A DNA stretch of 63,647 bases, from assembly GCA_015680685.1 (NCBI GenBank), contig MNCI01001745.1, forward strand, positions 1,137,330-1,200,976, written 5' to 3'. The notes below the pieces were generated by a model. The model saw nothing but the letters and a program-made list of their open reading frames with translations. It did not search any database and was not told the origin of the DNA. This document shows, piece by piece, positions 1 to 14,074 of the stretch. The DNA comes from Gnetum montanum (Eukaryota > Plantae > Gnetophyta). The position numbers and the translations under genes were made by a program. How positions within the stretch are numbered: position 1 is the stretch's first letter; every line of letters starts with the position of its first letter.

Positions 1-905
1 GAAGCTCTGGTAGATTTATCACTCCAGAGTTAGAATTTTTCCCATGTGCCCACAGTAGGAGTCCTAGAGTGAACGGCTCTTTATTCGAGTAGCTTGTAAC
101 CTGAACGCAAGTTGTGTACGATAATAAAGACAAAATTGATTGGATAAACCTTGCAGCATGTGGTTTTATTGTTGTTTATTTATTTCTTTCCTAGTGTGTA
201 CAAGTACGACTTGATTATGAGCAGCTACGGACGTGTACGGCTAATCAAGAAATCGGTTGCTTGTCGCAACGCGTGAGTACGACTTGACTACAAGCATTGA
301 CTGCTTGGTAACCCAGTAGCATATTCCAGGATTCTGTGCTTGGTAATCCCAGTGGTAGTTCAGTGTGTACGGCTAGTCAAGGAATCAGCTGCTCATCTCT
401 AGGCTAGAACGTGTGATAAGTACGACTTAGTTACGAGCACCCACGGGTGTGTACGGCTAGCTAAGGAATCGGCTGCTTATCACACTTAAGCTAAATAGGT
501 GCCTCAGTACGACCACTTCGAGCACTTGCGTTACGTGTGGTGATCCCAGTAACGATTAGCGTTTGGTAAGCCACAGTTGCATAGTTTAGGGTGTGTCCGG
601 TAAGTGGGAACGGATGCTGACGCTAGTTAATTTAGACTTAGGACATTAGTTAGAGTTAGCTTAGTTTCTCAACCCTTTCCTCTCATAGCTTAGAAGATAA
701 ACTAAAAAATACCAAAAAAATCACATACCTCAGACTTACTTAACCATACACCGTGACACTTACAAGCAAGCCTGGGAAGACAACAAACGATTAACCCCAA
801 GTGTTTCTTGTGGTGTTAAGGCATTTAGTCTGCGGAGTTCGACCGGATCGCGCATGCACGCTCGTATTCGTATGGTTGAGTGTAGGGGTACCTCGCCACT
901 CATCA
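1..905 (+). mobile_element. Young Ty3/gypsy LTR (Athila-like TGAT...ATCA termini), copy 1; the first ~117 bp lie outside the window
   Basis: Colinear with 23463-24364 at roughly 90% identity by eye. Ends ...CCACTCATCA at 905. Followed by GTATTAAAT with no PBS, so it is a 3' or solo LTR. CpG-rich against a CpG-depleted background. Confidence 0.9.
68..619 (+). ncRNA. Structured-RNA module array in LTR copy 1 (five hairpins with CGA / GWA(T)CGGC internal loops)
   Basis: Paired stems TCTTTATT/AATAAAGA, CTTGATTA/TAATCAAG, CTTGACTA/TAGTCAAG, CTTAGTTA/TAGCTAAG and CCACTT/AAGTGG, each flanked by near-invariant loop strands. Confidence 0.7.
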
Positions 906-2600
906 GTATTAAATATAGGGATTACTCTCAAAAAGATTCATTAATCAACAAGAAAGTATAGTCCATGAAGAACAAAAAATAATGCTAATTAGTATCTTAA
1001 CTAAAAGGAAGTTGTAGTAGACATAACTTTTTCTTATTAAATTGATTCAAGAAAGGTCATGAGAAGAAATTATAAGAAATGAAGAAAAATAATGTAAGAG
1101 ACAAGGGAAGTATAAAATATCTAGGCTAAAAGGAAAGAACCTTTCTTATACACAAATAATTACCTTAAGATTGCTCATGTAAAGATGAAGGTCATCCATG
1201 AACAACTCAAAATGATAAAGGAAATGATAAAAAGAGTTCTCCAAAATTCAACTTCTTTAATAAGTTATATGAATAGATGTGATACTCATCCTTTTTAAGA
1301 ACACATAGAATATTTAACCTATGTGATGTTAGGAATTGAAGATAAGGTGGATGCCATTCAAAGATATTTGATGCCAAAGAATGATAGAGACAAATGCTAT
1401 AAAAATGAAGCAAGGAATACAAGAAGTTATGAATAGGAAAATAAGTCGTATGATCGATTCCCTTAACCATATAAGTTGAGCCTTCCAAATTCCTACTATA
1501 TGGAGATACAAAATATGTATGTTAAATGATTAAGTAGTTTACTAGTAAAAGCTATATGTTTGTATCCATAAAATGAATCATGAAACTTTGTTTAACATAT
1601 CCACCACCTTGAATCATTAATGTTTAAGCTACCTTGATCATGATAAAATTAGTTTGTATTTTCATTAATTTTTAAAGACTTATCAATTTAAATAAGAAAA
1701 AAGTAAATTAAAAAATACAATAGGATTTGGGGTAAAGTTAAGTAAGAGTTTCTGCACTGAGCAAAATTAGGACTTTCTTGTAACTATAATTTTCAAAGGT
1801 GAAATCCATTTCCAAAGGTCCTGCTCATATAAGTTGAAGAGAAAATCATAAGATAAGTTGCTATCAAGATGAATGTAGAGAATAAATTTAATTTTAAAGT
1901 CATTTTGGTAGGCAATAAAGTGTTGTTAATGTAGTTCATAAATCCATTGTAAGGAAAGCTTAAATTAAACTGGAACATCATCTTTAATTCTAACTACTCT
2001 CCATGATTATTGATATAGAGATGCATGTAGTGCCCAATGTTGTTGAATTGATGTCATATAATACACTTGGGCTACTTATGAGCCAATTGATGATAGACAA
2101 AGAAATTATGAGGAGTTTGCAAACTTATAATAGGGGTATCATGGAAATTCTTTATAAAGGTAAGTATGTCCAAGCCTGTATCATAGAGGATCTCCTTCAC
2201 ATAATCATGGATGATTATAATGTCTAAATTTTATTTTTAGACACAAATTTTATAAATAGAAATTAATTGCTTTCTTCCTTTCTATCCCAACAAGATTTCA
2301 AGTAATGTAGGAATATCACTTATATAAATCTTGATCTCTTGGATGAGCTTGTCTGATCCATGAAAAAAGTCTACAATGCTTGGATCAATTGTTGATGGAT
2401 GGTAGAGTAGATCCTACACTCAAACACATCAATCATAAGCTTTCATGTACAATTTGATCAAATTCCATAGAACCAGACTATTATGGGTATCTAGATAGCT
2501 AGATGATAGATCGTTGGTTGTCATCTTCATAATCACACATGTGTAGACTAATTTGTATGCTTAAGTATGATCAAGACATATGATGATGATGATGGTGAGG
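906..2600 (-). pseudogene. Decayed coding relic of unknown protein (probable TE accessory ORF)
   Basis: Long minus-strand frames with sparse stops, e.g. DPSIVDFFHGSDKLIQEIK...LDIIIIHDYVKEILYDTG...MMFQFNLSFPYNGF. No recognisable gag/pol motifs. Confidence 0.3.
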
Positions 2601-3759
2601 CCTTGAATAAAATATTATTAGAATATTTAAGATTAAAATTCTAAATTATCTAGCCTAGGTATAAGAAATAAATCTAATTTAGCTTATGCATGAAGCATCC
2701 CTTTCCAATATGTTGTATACATCATAAACATACATTAAAGTCATTGGCTTACCAAGTGCCCACTACTATGCATACCAAGTGGTGCATTTCTAGGACTACT
2801 AAATGTTAACGTGTTTATTCTTGGAGCTAATAATACTCATGCCATGTAATTAAGTGTGATGGAATATAAAGGAATTAATTAAGTTCCTACAAATTAAAGA
2901 AATCATTAAAATTAAATTCTAATTAAGAATATCATTAAATTATGTTAATTGTTAGAATGAAGAAAAATTAATCTTGATCTTATTTCCATCACAAAAATGT
3001 GTTCAAATATAGTCAATTAAATGAGACTCTAAATAATCCACATAGTTCATGATGTAGGCACCAAGTGCTAAATTATAACTTTCACTTGAAGAAACTATAA
3101 GTGTTTAGTTATGCTATTGACCTAATGGTGCCCTCAATGAGGTTAGTATTTACATTTATATAGGTATTTATTTCCTCTATGTTAATGTTGTTATGTTTAC
3201 AATGTTGACCATGTGTTAAGGAAATAACATCAATGTTGATGCATCAATGTAACCTACAAAATCAAGACTCATCATACCCCTAAAATTGGTTAAAAATTTG
3301 TCCTGGAGCTAACAAAATTGAAATCAAGTTCATTTACAAAATTATAGGAGTGACTTAACTAACTCCAAATAATTAACTCATGTGCCACATTACAAAATTT
3401 ATTCAAGTGCTTTACAAATTCAAGTTGTGCAAAAATTGAACACATTGTCTTCTATAAAAACTTATGTAGATATGTACAAGATTGAATAAGGCATATGTCT
3501 TATGTTATGCTAGGCGTTGGTGGCTCCTCAAATCCTAATAGTGATTACAACTATCTTACTACTATTGTTGTTGCTAATTTTAACTACAACACATTAATTA
3601 GTGCTCTCATTTTTTTCTTCTTTCATCCTTGCATCATTAATTGTCTAGGCTAGTTCTCCTAGATTAGTTATTGTAAAAACCTCCCAAGGAAATAATAGAG
3701 TTAGAAATAATTCATGTGCACTAACAAATCATACAGTGAATTGTTTGCATTTGATATTA

Positions 3760-6150
3760 AATGACTTAATTATGTTTTCTAGCTCCTAGTGGTTGGTCAT
3801 TCTTCTAGCTAGACTTTCAGTGATGATCCTTTGATTCTTGAATCTTTTTTTAGGACCTCAAGATCTATCTTATCTATTTCAATATTCTAGTGCACCTCTT
3901 TATGAAGGTTATATTCATTTTCATACAATAAGTATGATTTGACCACCTATTTCTCCAACTATATTCTTAGCATCCTAGTAGTAAGCATTGCTATACTAGC
4001 ATAGCAAAGGTTAGTAAGCTTCAAGTATTCCATCATTTTTTCAATTTTTGGCTCCTTCATGTAAATCTTGGCTTTGTTTTATGTATTCAATCCATCAAAT
4101 ATGGGCTACCATGCATTACCTTGGAGTTTCTAGAGGGCTTGGTTCATCTTCATCTTGGCTAGTCAAATATTTTTTTGATTATTCTCCTTTTACATGCCAA
4201 CCTAGTCCTTGTAATGATTTTTCAGCTTTTCATTATTTTAGGAATTTATTTTTCCAAGTGATGATCTTCATTGTTAATTTTTCATGGACAACATACATCT
4301 CCTCCATAGAAAGATTCCTATTTTCCATTGCTAACCTTCATACATCTACACTAACTTTTATCAGTTACTCCTATTGGTGCTTAAGGTATTCTTCTAATTG
4401 TTCTTTGTACTTCTTTACCTTAAGTAGTCTTTTATTATTATTGGACAATTCTTTATTCTCATTGTGCACCATGGTGAGGTTTTTTTTTCTCTATTTAGCA
4501 TTTTTTCCATCAAGGATGTATTCTATGTGGCTTTTTCTTTCTCCATTTCAACCTATTATTGTTTGACCTTAAGTTGTTTGAAGATCTCATTCCTTATAAG
4601 CATTGGTTGATGAATGGAAATATTAGATAAATAGGCTTGTAACTATGCAACTTTGGCTATCAATTATTGATTAAGTGAAGTAGTCTTTTGAAGTTATTTT
4701 TCAACAATTATCAACTTATCCTTGATCTCAATGAGTGTAAACTGGATGAATGAAATTTCTTCTAAGATACCAAAGACATGGAAAATCAATAACACAACAT
4801 CAACTAGTCATTCTAGCACTTCTTCATGTTCTATTGTGCTTATCACCTATGATTTTCTTCCTACTAACATTTGGATGTCTAGATGAGTGTAAAATTTGAA
4901 GTAGAAACCTTCATAGCTTTACCTATGTAGTCTACCACCATCTCTAATATTCTCTATTAATCTTTCATTTGAACTATGACTACAATTTTTCCCATTTCTT
5001 CCTCAAGTGTCATTAAGAAAATTTTAACATTTCTTGGGATTTCTAGTAATTTTGCAAGTAAGGATATCATAACCCCTCTTGTAATTAGGTTGGTTTACAT
5101 AATAGCCAAGCTATGTTGTGTTGTGAATAATTTATAAAGATCTTTCTACTATCAACCAATGGTCCTTGCCACTTCATTAAGGTGTCTCATCTTAAAATAA
5201 TAATCTCCAACTCCACTTGTAGGTGCTTGGTAGGATGTTTTTGTCTGTCTAAATCTAACTAAAACACATGAGGTTTCTGAAACATCCATTATTTTTTCTG
5301 ATGGAGATGGAACCATCTCTTGAAGCCTTAGTGGTAGCTTCTCTTTTATCATCTCATACCTAGGCTATGATGTCCCTGCAATGAATATCATTGGAATAGA
5401 AAATAATTCCTTCCCTTTTACATAGTTTCTTGATTAAAATGGGAAGGGAAGTATCTTCTGACCTTTCTCATTTTCCTTAAAATACTTTTTGATCTCTAAA
5501 AGGATGAGGTAGGTCAATTTGATGGGGAATTTCCTACTAAGTACACCACAAGCCCTCACATAGAAGGATGTCATCTTAGTAGGATGTATCATGGAATTTA
5601 AGTTGTACACAATGATCTTGAAGTAAATTCACTTTCCCTAGATGAGTGCATCGTACTCCTTCCTATAGACTCCATAGCATCTTTAGGTCCACTTCATTTT
5701 TAAAGTGTCTACTTACATGGATACTTCTACCAACTTGGTTCACACATTTGGAAGCCCTGTGACCTTTGTGATGGCTTCCACCAAATAAAAGATGGTGATT
5801 TCCTTGATCTTGATAGTTACATCTCCTTGGTGGTTATTCCAAAAGAGATACGTCTCTCCAAGATTCCACTCTCCATTGGTTGAAATGATGGACCACAATG
5901 GAGATGCATGTAGTTGTTCCAAGATCTCTTAGAATGCAAAATCCATGAAATATCTAAAACTTGATTCCTATAGAATAGCAATTTGAAAGTTCTTAGTTCT
6001 GATGTTTCAAGATAGGCTTCAATAAGAGTCTTTTTTGGTGAAGGTTTCCTACTTTTATCCAATAAGTAATTGCATGGATTTAACATAAAATTTTTCACAT
6101 TGAAGAAGCTTTGATTTTAAGGCAACTTGAATGACATCTAGGAGGTTGTT
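3760..6150 (-). pseudogene. Retrotransposon env-like / 'putative plant transposon protein' ORF relic with coiled-coil C-terminus
   Basis: Translates ...IKEITIFYLVEAITKVTGLPNV...KLTYLILLEIKKYFKE...ILPFP(fs)ILIKKLCK. This matches the xxGLP ... LPFPxLIxxLC signature of Athila/SIRE extra ORFs. An E/K/L-rich segment follows at 3800-5100. Confidence 0.55.
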
Positions 6151-7759
6151 AGTATGGGATTCATAACCACAAATACTTGCATAGGTTTAGATGAACTATC
6201 TAGTCTTAAGAATGGATGTTTTTGATGCTCACACTTGAAACCACTTGAATTGCCATATGTCTACATGTTTATGGATATCATGGTATTTTGTCATTATGGA
6301 TGTGAAGAGATTTTACCTTGCATAGGTGGAGTAGGTGGCAATGAGTTGGAAGCATGTGTTTGAGAGTGCTAATGAGGATGAGAAGCATCAAAAGGAGATT
6401 CAGCCCATGGAGTGGCAGGTCTATAGTACTCAAGACGATAGTAGTAATGAGTAGAGACATGAGCGGTATAAAAACTTAGAGATATAGGTGGGAAAATGAG
6501 TTAATAATAAGCTTCTCAGACCAATTTTTCCAAAAAAATAATCTAATGACCTAATTTGTTATCATTCCCTATCAACATGAAGCCATGGTCAATAGATATA
6601 TATTTTTATCTCAAGATAGATTCCTTAGATGTAAACCTACAACTTAAGCAAACCCAAGACAAACTAACAAGAAATTGAGATATGCTAATATTGTTTTGCA
6701 TCAGGGTGCATTGGATCCTTTTTCTATTAGGCCCTTGTGATCCAAGGTTAAAAATATTTTGCACATGGAATTTTTGATTTTCCAGCAATCAATTTTTTTA
6801 GGCATAATAGTTAGAATCCTTAAAATTCTCCTATGAGAAATAGGATTCCCTCCCATTGAGATCCTTATATGATAGGTTCATATACTCCCATAGCTAGATT
6901 GTTCTTCCTCTTCATTTGTTCCATCTTCATCTATTTGTGAAACATATTTATCTAAATGTGCATGCTCATCAAGGACTAGCGTTCTTGAATACCTTTACAT
7001 AGATTTCATCTAATTGAGTAACCATAATATAGAAGGCATATGTCATGCTCTCCATGTCTTTGTTCAAGGCTTGAAATCTAAACTAAACAAAATCCTAAAT
7101 CAATTTGAACCAATAATCAACACAAAAACCAACACAAAGCTTCAATAGAAATAGCACTAGAGAAGGTTCACTCGAATGCTTAATCTTCTTCAAGTACTAA
7201 ATCCAAATATTATGAAAAAAATAATTTAATTTTCTAGGAAACAAGATGACTAGATATGTTAATTTATATAATTAGAATATTACAATAGGGTTTTCTAAAC
7301 TTAGAAAACATCAAAACCTCATAAAAAACTTAAATGATAATGTAGAGCATGATGCTCTATAATCACACAATGGCTATTCTCAATGTAAGATATAACCAAT
7401 GGAAAATCTCTTCCATAACCCATGACTAAGATTCATATCAAAGAATAAAATAATAGACAAGCACACATAGACCAATCAACATACACATTGATCACTAAGC
7501 TACAACTATACCTACACTCAATGTGCTCTATCATACTCTTTGCCAAGATCTCTTCAACTTAGTAGGTCTTAACAAGACTCTTCTTTTCATCCCCATGATT
7601 ACAAGCATGATTTATTAGAAAATAAAGATACAAAACCCATAGGAAAGCTTTTTCAAACTCTACTTGAAGATCCTCTACTATTTTCGATATTTGTCTACCT
7701 TCTTCCACTTCTTCCTAAATTGGAATAGCTAATTCTAGAAGTTTTTCCAACCGTACAAG

Positions 7760-8025
7760 CTATCTTTGACCATTTCAAATCATTTCATACAATATCCTAA
7801 CATTCAGAAAGGATATCTACTATTTTTGGAAGATGTCTCCTCCATTATAAGATTTCTTCTCCAAGATGTCTTCACTTTTGGAAAGATGTCTTCCTTGAGA
7901 CATCTCTTGTGCTGGCAAGAAATTTTCACTAAATCCAAGATACCTCCTAGTAGACTTAAGATGCCTTTTATGAAGACTCCACTCTTAGGAAAGACATCTC
8001 CTTGGCCTCCAAGGTGTCTTCATAG
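7760..8025. repeat. Cluster of degenerate AAGATGTCT / AGACATCT motifs in both orientations (TE UTR repeat)
   Basis: GGAAGATGTCTCC, CCAAGATGTCTTC, GAAAGATGTCTTCC, GAGACATCTC, AAGACATCTCC and CAAGGTGTCTTC occur within ~250 bp. Confidence 0.4.
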
Positions 8026-8099
8026 AGTTTGAAACCTACAAAAAATACACGTATGAAAGAACAAGAGGATTAGAAGAGGTTTTCCTACAATAAACTAGA

Positions 8100-8630
8100 A
8101 TTTGAAATTTTTATTATACCCACAAAATTACTAAGGATTTCATGGATGGTTATAAAGCCTTTACATATTTTTGAAGATTGTAGAAAACATCATTCATATA
8201 ATGACCCATGCAGATATGATTACTTGGAAATAAAGCAATCAGTAGGTTACAATTAATAGTATAATTTATTTAAATGTGAGCCAAATATAGGTAAAATAAA
8301 ATAATATATTCTTCATCTTCTATGCTTTCTTTGAATAGTTTGCAAATACAATCTTCTCTTAGTAAATTGATCCAACAACCTATCTCAATAATGAAATTAT
8401 GAGAGCTCATTTTTGCTCTAGCAATTTGATTTCTTAAATGAATAGGAATAGCTAAGAATAGATACCTTTGAATACTAGATAATATACCTCCTCTAATACT
8501 ATTTAAATAAAAATGCTTTTTTCCTGATAAGTTCAACCATGCATTAGCTAAGACTTCTTTTATAGCTTTCTGAAAGAGCCTTTTGTTTAGCTTTTGATGT
8601 TAAATTCTAAATAATTATCTTTTGATGTAA
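8100..8630 (-). mobile_element. 3' fragment of a non-LTR retrotransposon (RTEX/CR1-like C-terminal zinc finger)
   Basis: ORF 8270-8536 reads RNQIARAKMSSHNFIIEIGCW...REDCICKL...IEDEEYII. This is a decayed RxxIARLRxSSHxLxIExGRW...RxCxxC...EDExH LINE ORF2 tail. Confidence 0.65.
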
Positions 8631-9599
8631 GTAGTGGTTATTTATGGCATGGTGATGGTACCTTTTCTAAACCCTTGGATTTTATCTTTAGGTAGTATGG
8701 GGCCCTATGAGGCTAACATGATTTTGATGCAAGAGATCCTATCACTCTTGATTATGCTATGTGGTTGTCTAGTTTATTATTCTGGCTCTTTGAATTAGGT
8801 AAGAGGGTTTTGTATATTTTCCCTTCTCAATGTTACTGTACTAACTTTTCTTATTTTACCATATGTTACAAGTGTGAATAATGTTGATTATAATGATATT
8901 TATAATAGTGATAGGAACTAGTTAATTATGCTAGGCTAGAATTCTTATTATGCATTTTTTATGTAATATTTTAACGTTTTTTAGAGTTTTTGTAAGGTGT
9001 GAAGTTACTTATTGTACCTAGTATTTTGTACTCTTCAGTTAGTACTTGATGTACATTGTTTGATACACTTTAATTTGTATAGGTTTTCATTTAATTTCTA
9101 GCATTTTATTTATGAGTTGATAAATACTAGATTATCTTGTGGTTGTTTTAATATATTTTTTTATTGGATATGTGATGTAAAAATGTTTTTTTCTTTTCAA
9201 ACAACTCATTTGGAAAAGCTCTCTACACTATTATATACTAGAAAAATGTTAATCCTTTGGAAAATATTATATGATATTTTTCTCATGGGTAATAGGTTAT
9301 GAAGTTATTATCCTATAGTAGTACATAGGGTAGGTTTGTTTGTAAGGAAATATTATTAGTACTAAAAGTTTTTATCATGTTGCTTCTTTGCTTTTTTCTA
9401 AGTATATCTACTATTTTCCTAATCTTTTCTAGCATCCTCAAAACATTTTATTAAGTTTCTTTTTTAACTTCATTTTAATTTCATATTTTTTATCAAGTAA
9501 TACTCTATTTTCTTAAGCTTGGTAACTAGGGTGTTACACCAAATGAGCTTAAATGTTGCATCTTAAGAAGTCTAATGTGATAGATCTTACATAACTTTA

Positions 9600-10187
9600 C
9601 TATGTTAGGATTCTTTGAAAGAAACTCAAAGGATCAACATAGACTTAGCAAAATAGACTACTTAGCAAATTAGAGTTATTAGAAAGAGGCTAAAAAAAGA
9701 TCAAGACAAAACAACTAAGTATGTCAATATCAAATACATACCTTTAGAGTTCAATGATGATGATCATGTTTTCCTAAGGATTTCACCTTTGAAAAAACAT
9801 AATAAGTTTTGGAAAAGGATAGGTTAACTCTCCAATACATTGAATCCTTCTAGATTTTGAAAATATTAGTTTAGTTACTTAGTAGATCAATTTTCCATTG
9901 CAACTTCAAGGGATTCATGATATCCCTTTATCAATGCCTCTTTGATATATGTCAACTTACACTTATGTGATCAATTAGCAAGATGTGTAGATTTAACCTA
10001 ATGTCAGTAACTTCAAGAAATTAGTTAGAATTGCAAACTACACAAATAGAAAATTTAAAAATTATTCTAACTATTAAGATGTTATGGAAAAGGTATGGTA
10101 TACAAGAGGATAGATGGAAAGTCGAGCAAGGCATGCACTCTTCTCACAATAAAATTTTTGAGGAGGAAGATTCTTTAGGAAGGAGGA
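9600..10187 (+). mobile_element. Chromovirus (Tekay/Del) integrase C-terminus, chromodomain relic and PPT
   Basis: IRKRLKKDQDKTTKYVNIKYIPLEFNDDDHVFLRISPLKK..LQYIESF (GPF region), then IKMLWKRYGIQEDRWKVE. Followed by the Tekay-type AAATTTTTGAGGAGGAAGATTCTTTAGGAAGGAGGA PPT. Confidence 0.75.
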
Positions 10188-10700
10188 TATTACATCCATA
10201 TTCTAGGAGCCCCCTTTACCCCCATCATTAGTATGTTTAGCTTGTAGTAGGTTTAAATCGTTGACCCTTTATTTATTAGTTACTTATTATACATTTGTTT
10301 GCTTGTTAAGTAAGCTATGGTTACATGTAATTATGATTATTCATGTAGTCTCATTAAATATTTTTTATTTGAACCAATTTTGATAGAACATGTATTTTTC
10401 TTGTTTACCTATGACTTAATTTATTTTAATATTTTCTATATTTTTATGGATTTTATCTATGGTGTACAAAACTTACTACAGTATGTTATACTAGTCATCA
10501 TGTTACATGTGAGTTCAATTTGTATAATGGAGGAAAATTTACCTATTAAAGTCATTTTTATTTTGTATTTTGAGTTATAATTATCATGTGAGATTATAGA
10601 GTAGAGTTTATGGGGAAAATAGAATAAATTACAATCTTGGTTTAGTCATGATTAACCTTTGAAAGTCATGGTTTAGTTTTGGTTAGTTCTACTTTTGAAG
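10188..10700 (+). mobile_element. 5' part of the 3' LTR of the Tekay relic
   Basis: TATTACATCC (decayed TGTTACA/TGTAGCA) immediately after the PPT. Similar to the reverse complement of sequence ending at 14604. Confidence 0.45.
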
Positions 10701-10959
10701 CTTTGTATAAATAGCAAGTTACAATCCAACAATGATAAATAGCAAGTTAAAATAAGATAATAATTTTTAAGGAATAAATATCAAGTTAAAATAAAATAAT
10801 GAAAGTAAAAAAGAATAGACAAGTAACTAAAGAACAAAAATCAATTCCCTAGTAGTAATACATTGCTAAAACAAAATAAAAACTTAATCATACTACAAAA
10901 TTTGACATAAATAAATGAAGTATTAACATTATTTTCATTAGTTCTTATTGCATCACTAT

Positions 10960-12000
10960 CAAAATTAGAAATTCTATTGGTCCTTCCTAATATAATTCAA
11001 ACCTACAAAGTTTGATATAAAGCTTGGATGGATTATAACCTACAATGCCCAAATAAAGCTAGATTTTGGTAGTGCCATAAGAAGTAAAAAAGACATTCAA
11101 TGAAATATTTAATTTTTTGTTATTGTCATTTTCTCTTGGATTTGGCTAGTAGAATAATAATCATTATAATGTCTTATTCATTAGTATAGGGAACCCAAAG
11201 TAGCATTGGAATTCAATCTAAAAATTTTGGCTATGAATGTAATCAAAAAATAATTATCCATAGTTTCCTTCTTTACATGACACATATCATAAATATTATC
11301 AATAGTTAGCACCATATATATAACTAGGCTTTAAGTTAAACTCTTTCATGCAGCCATTTATTAAAGAAAATTTGGTATCTTGGAATTAAAGCAATATTCC
11401 ACCATATGAATTTAACAAGATTAGGGATCTTATTTTGAATAGTTTAATAAGCTTTGCTTTAATGAAAAGTATGGGACCTTAATCAAATTATTTTTTAGTT
11501 ATCAATTATCATATGCCCTTGAAACCAAGATTGGAGAAACTCAAATCCTCACCAAGTACTTAAAGCATGAGTAACAGACAAGGCCTCATGGTAAAGAAGC
11601 CACCATAAAGGTATTTTTCTCTCATAATTTTTACCCATGGTTTGTTAATCACATATAGTTACAAGACCAATACTCCTAAAATTGGTTGATTGATGTTAGT
11701 AAGTTAACATAATTTCCAATCTCAATATTTTGTTAATTGACATAGTGTATTCTAACTAATTAAATGACAAGCATTATCTCCCCATAAGAACTTCCATTCT
11801 AGTCTTTCCAAGTTTTGGATAACTACTATTGGGACTTTAAAACATGAGAGAACAAAGAAAGATGCAACCTATAATATAATGTGCTATAGGTATGAATCAT
11901 GATTTGGTTAATTATGAAGATGTTCCTACTAATGATAGGGCCTATTTTCTAATGAATATTTTCTATGTTTTATGACATTTTCATAAGATGTAAAATGTTA
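10960..12000 (-). mobile_element. Highly decayed Ty1/copia protease to integrase relic
   Basis: Minus-strand remnants resemble GSVLMGDNAC (post-protease), WLHER (LWHxRL) and a CxxC-like GAG-pre-integrase spacing. Many frameshifts. Confidence 0.4.
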
Positions 12001-14074
12001 CTTTTAGAGTTGACACCTAACACCAACTTAATAACTTAGAAATCACATCAACTTGTTTACTTAAATAAAATTCTAATATATAAATTATAATATAAGCATC
12101 AACTTCTCCAATACTTCTCATCTCAAATACCTATTGCATGTAGAAGATAAAATAAAGGGAAAGTTTAGTCCATAGACTATGTACGGAAAATAAATTATAA
12201 GTATTCCCTTAAGGGTTTTGAAATGAAACATTAAGTAGCTAGATAACCATACATAAGGGTTACCGCATTGAAAGAGTTAGTACCAAATATCCAAAATAAA
12301 CAATCAACAAATAACATCAAACGAAGTTACTAAATAAATAATATCAAAAGACCAAAATAGCCTAACCTAATTTCTCCACAATTCAACCCAAAATCTATGG
12401 AAGTTAGCATCCACTCTTAGTTTCAAATATGTCAAAGTTGGTATATGTGCTAATTATACATAATAATATTTTATCTAAATTCAAAACCAAAATTAAATGG
12501 TTCCTACAAGACTTATTTATTATTTCTTATCTTTGATATGAAGGTTAGCCTAAATACTACCTTGGTTTCTATCATTCACCAAAAGTTAAATCTCCCTCAA
12601 TGTATCCTTATTTAAAGGTTAGTGTAACATCAACTTCACTAGTATAGATAGTGAAGGATTACTAGAACACCTCAAGGTACCAATTGGTTCTTCCTCAATA
12701 CTAGCTTCACCAAAACTATCTAATGATTCACTGTGAAATATCTAATGATGGATTTAACAAACAAAAAATATCAACAATAAAAACATATAACTAATCCAAT
12801 ATTTAATGTTCGGAAAATAAACTAATCACATCCTAATTATCCAAAAATTAATAAGCCCAATGTATTCTATATTGTCAATCTTGATGAGTCCAAAGTCTCA
12901 TATCTACTCAAATGTTGAAAAGTTGTAAGCCTCATATGTACCAATTGGGATGGACCATATGTCTCATATTGATGTTTAGAAGTATTAATAAGCTATAAAT
13001 CTCATAATTATATGTCCAAAATGTAGATGATTCATAATTTTTATATTTCACCAATTGTTAGTAAGCCCTAAGTTTTCTAAAACTAACTTTTAAGTTCTAT
13101 AAAATTTTAGTAAGGTTTCTTCAACTTCTTTCAACATTCAAACTTCATGTGTGACCTTCTAGGGATAAAATAGACTTATACAAAAAAATTTTAAATGTTG
13201 GCATTCAAATGAGTATCAAATTATCACATTGCAACTTCTTTGTAACCGTCTAACATAGGTCATGATAGAGTAAAAATCATTCAAAAAGATGTTTCATGAT
13301 TTGTACTATCAAGTTGAGCAACTTTAACTTCTAGGCTTCAACGTTAGACAAAGTTTCAAGTCTTAAAAATTGAAAATACATTAGAAATCCTAGTGAAACA
13401 TCCCAGAAATTTAGTACAAAATAGAAACATTAAATTATTCACAAATTGAATAATTTTCATCATGGAATCTTAGAACATCAATGCAATTATAAATTTAAAC
13501 TCAAATTATAGAAATATACATCGCAAAAATCTTAGATCTAATAGATACATATTATAAATGAATTTACTCAAATAGTTACAAATAAAATAGAATGTGCATT
13601 AACCAAATTACTCCAAAAACCCAAAATATGAGAATTTTAATAAATTTCTCTACCTAACTAGATGTGTTAGTGATGAAAACCTTCACATGATTGAGATATC
13701 CTAAAATAGGCTTCAAACCCTAAGTGGAGACAAAGGTCAATGATCATATCTAAGAAAGATCTAAAATAAAACCTAAAATAAAAACCTTGGCTATAGTTTC
13801 TTTCCTATTTGGTAGTATCTCCCTCTCTAGATCTATCTTCTAGATATCAATGAAGCAATTGTATAATTTCTATTGGAAAGATTGTTAAGTATTTATACTC
13901 AAAATGGCATGCAAGAATCAAACTAATTGGATAATTACTAACTAAAAACTACAACGAAAAAGAAAATATAGATCCACTAAGTACCCCTTGGTGCTACCTA
14001 ATAGTTATGTCATTTTCAAATATTAAACAAGATCCAAGGTTCAAACCTAAACATAACTAACTAGGGTACTACAC

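Noticed and set aside
4048-4566. 172-aa hydrophobic ORF on the + strand
   Set aside because: Antisense shadow of the purine-rich coiled-coil relic on the minus strand.
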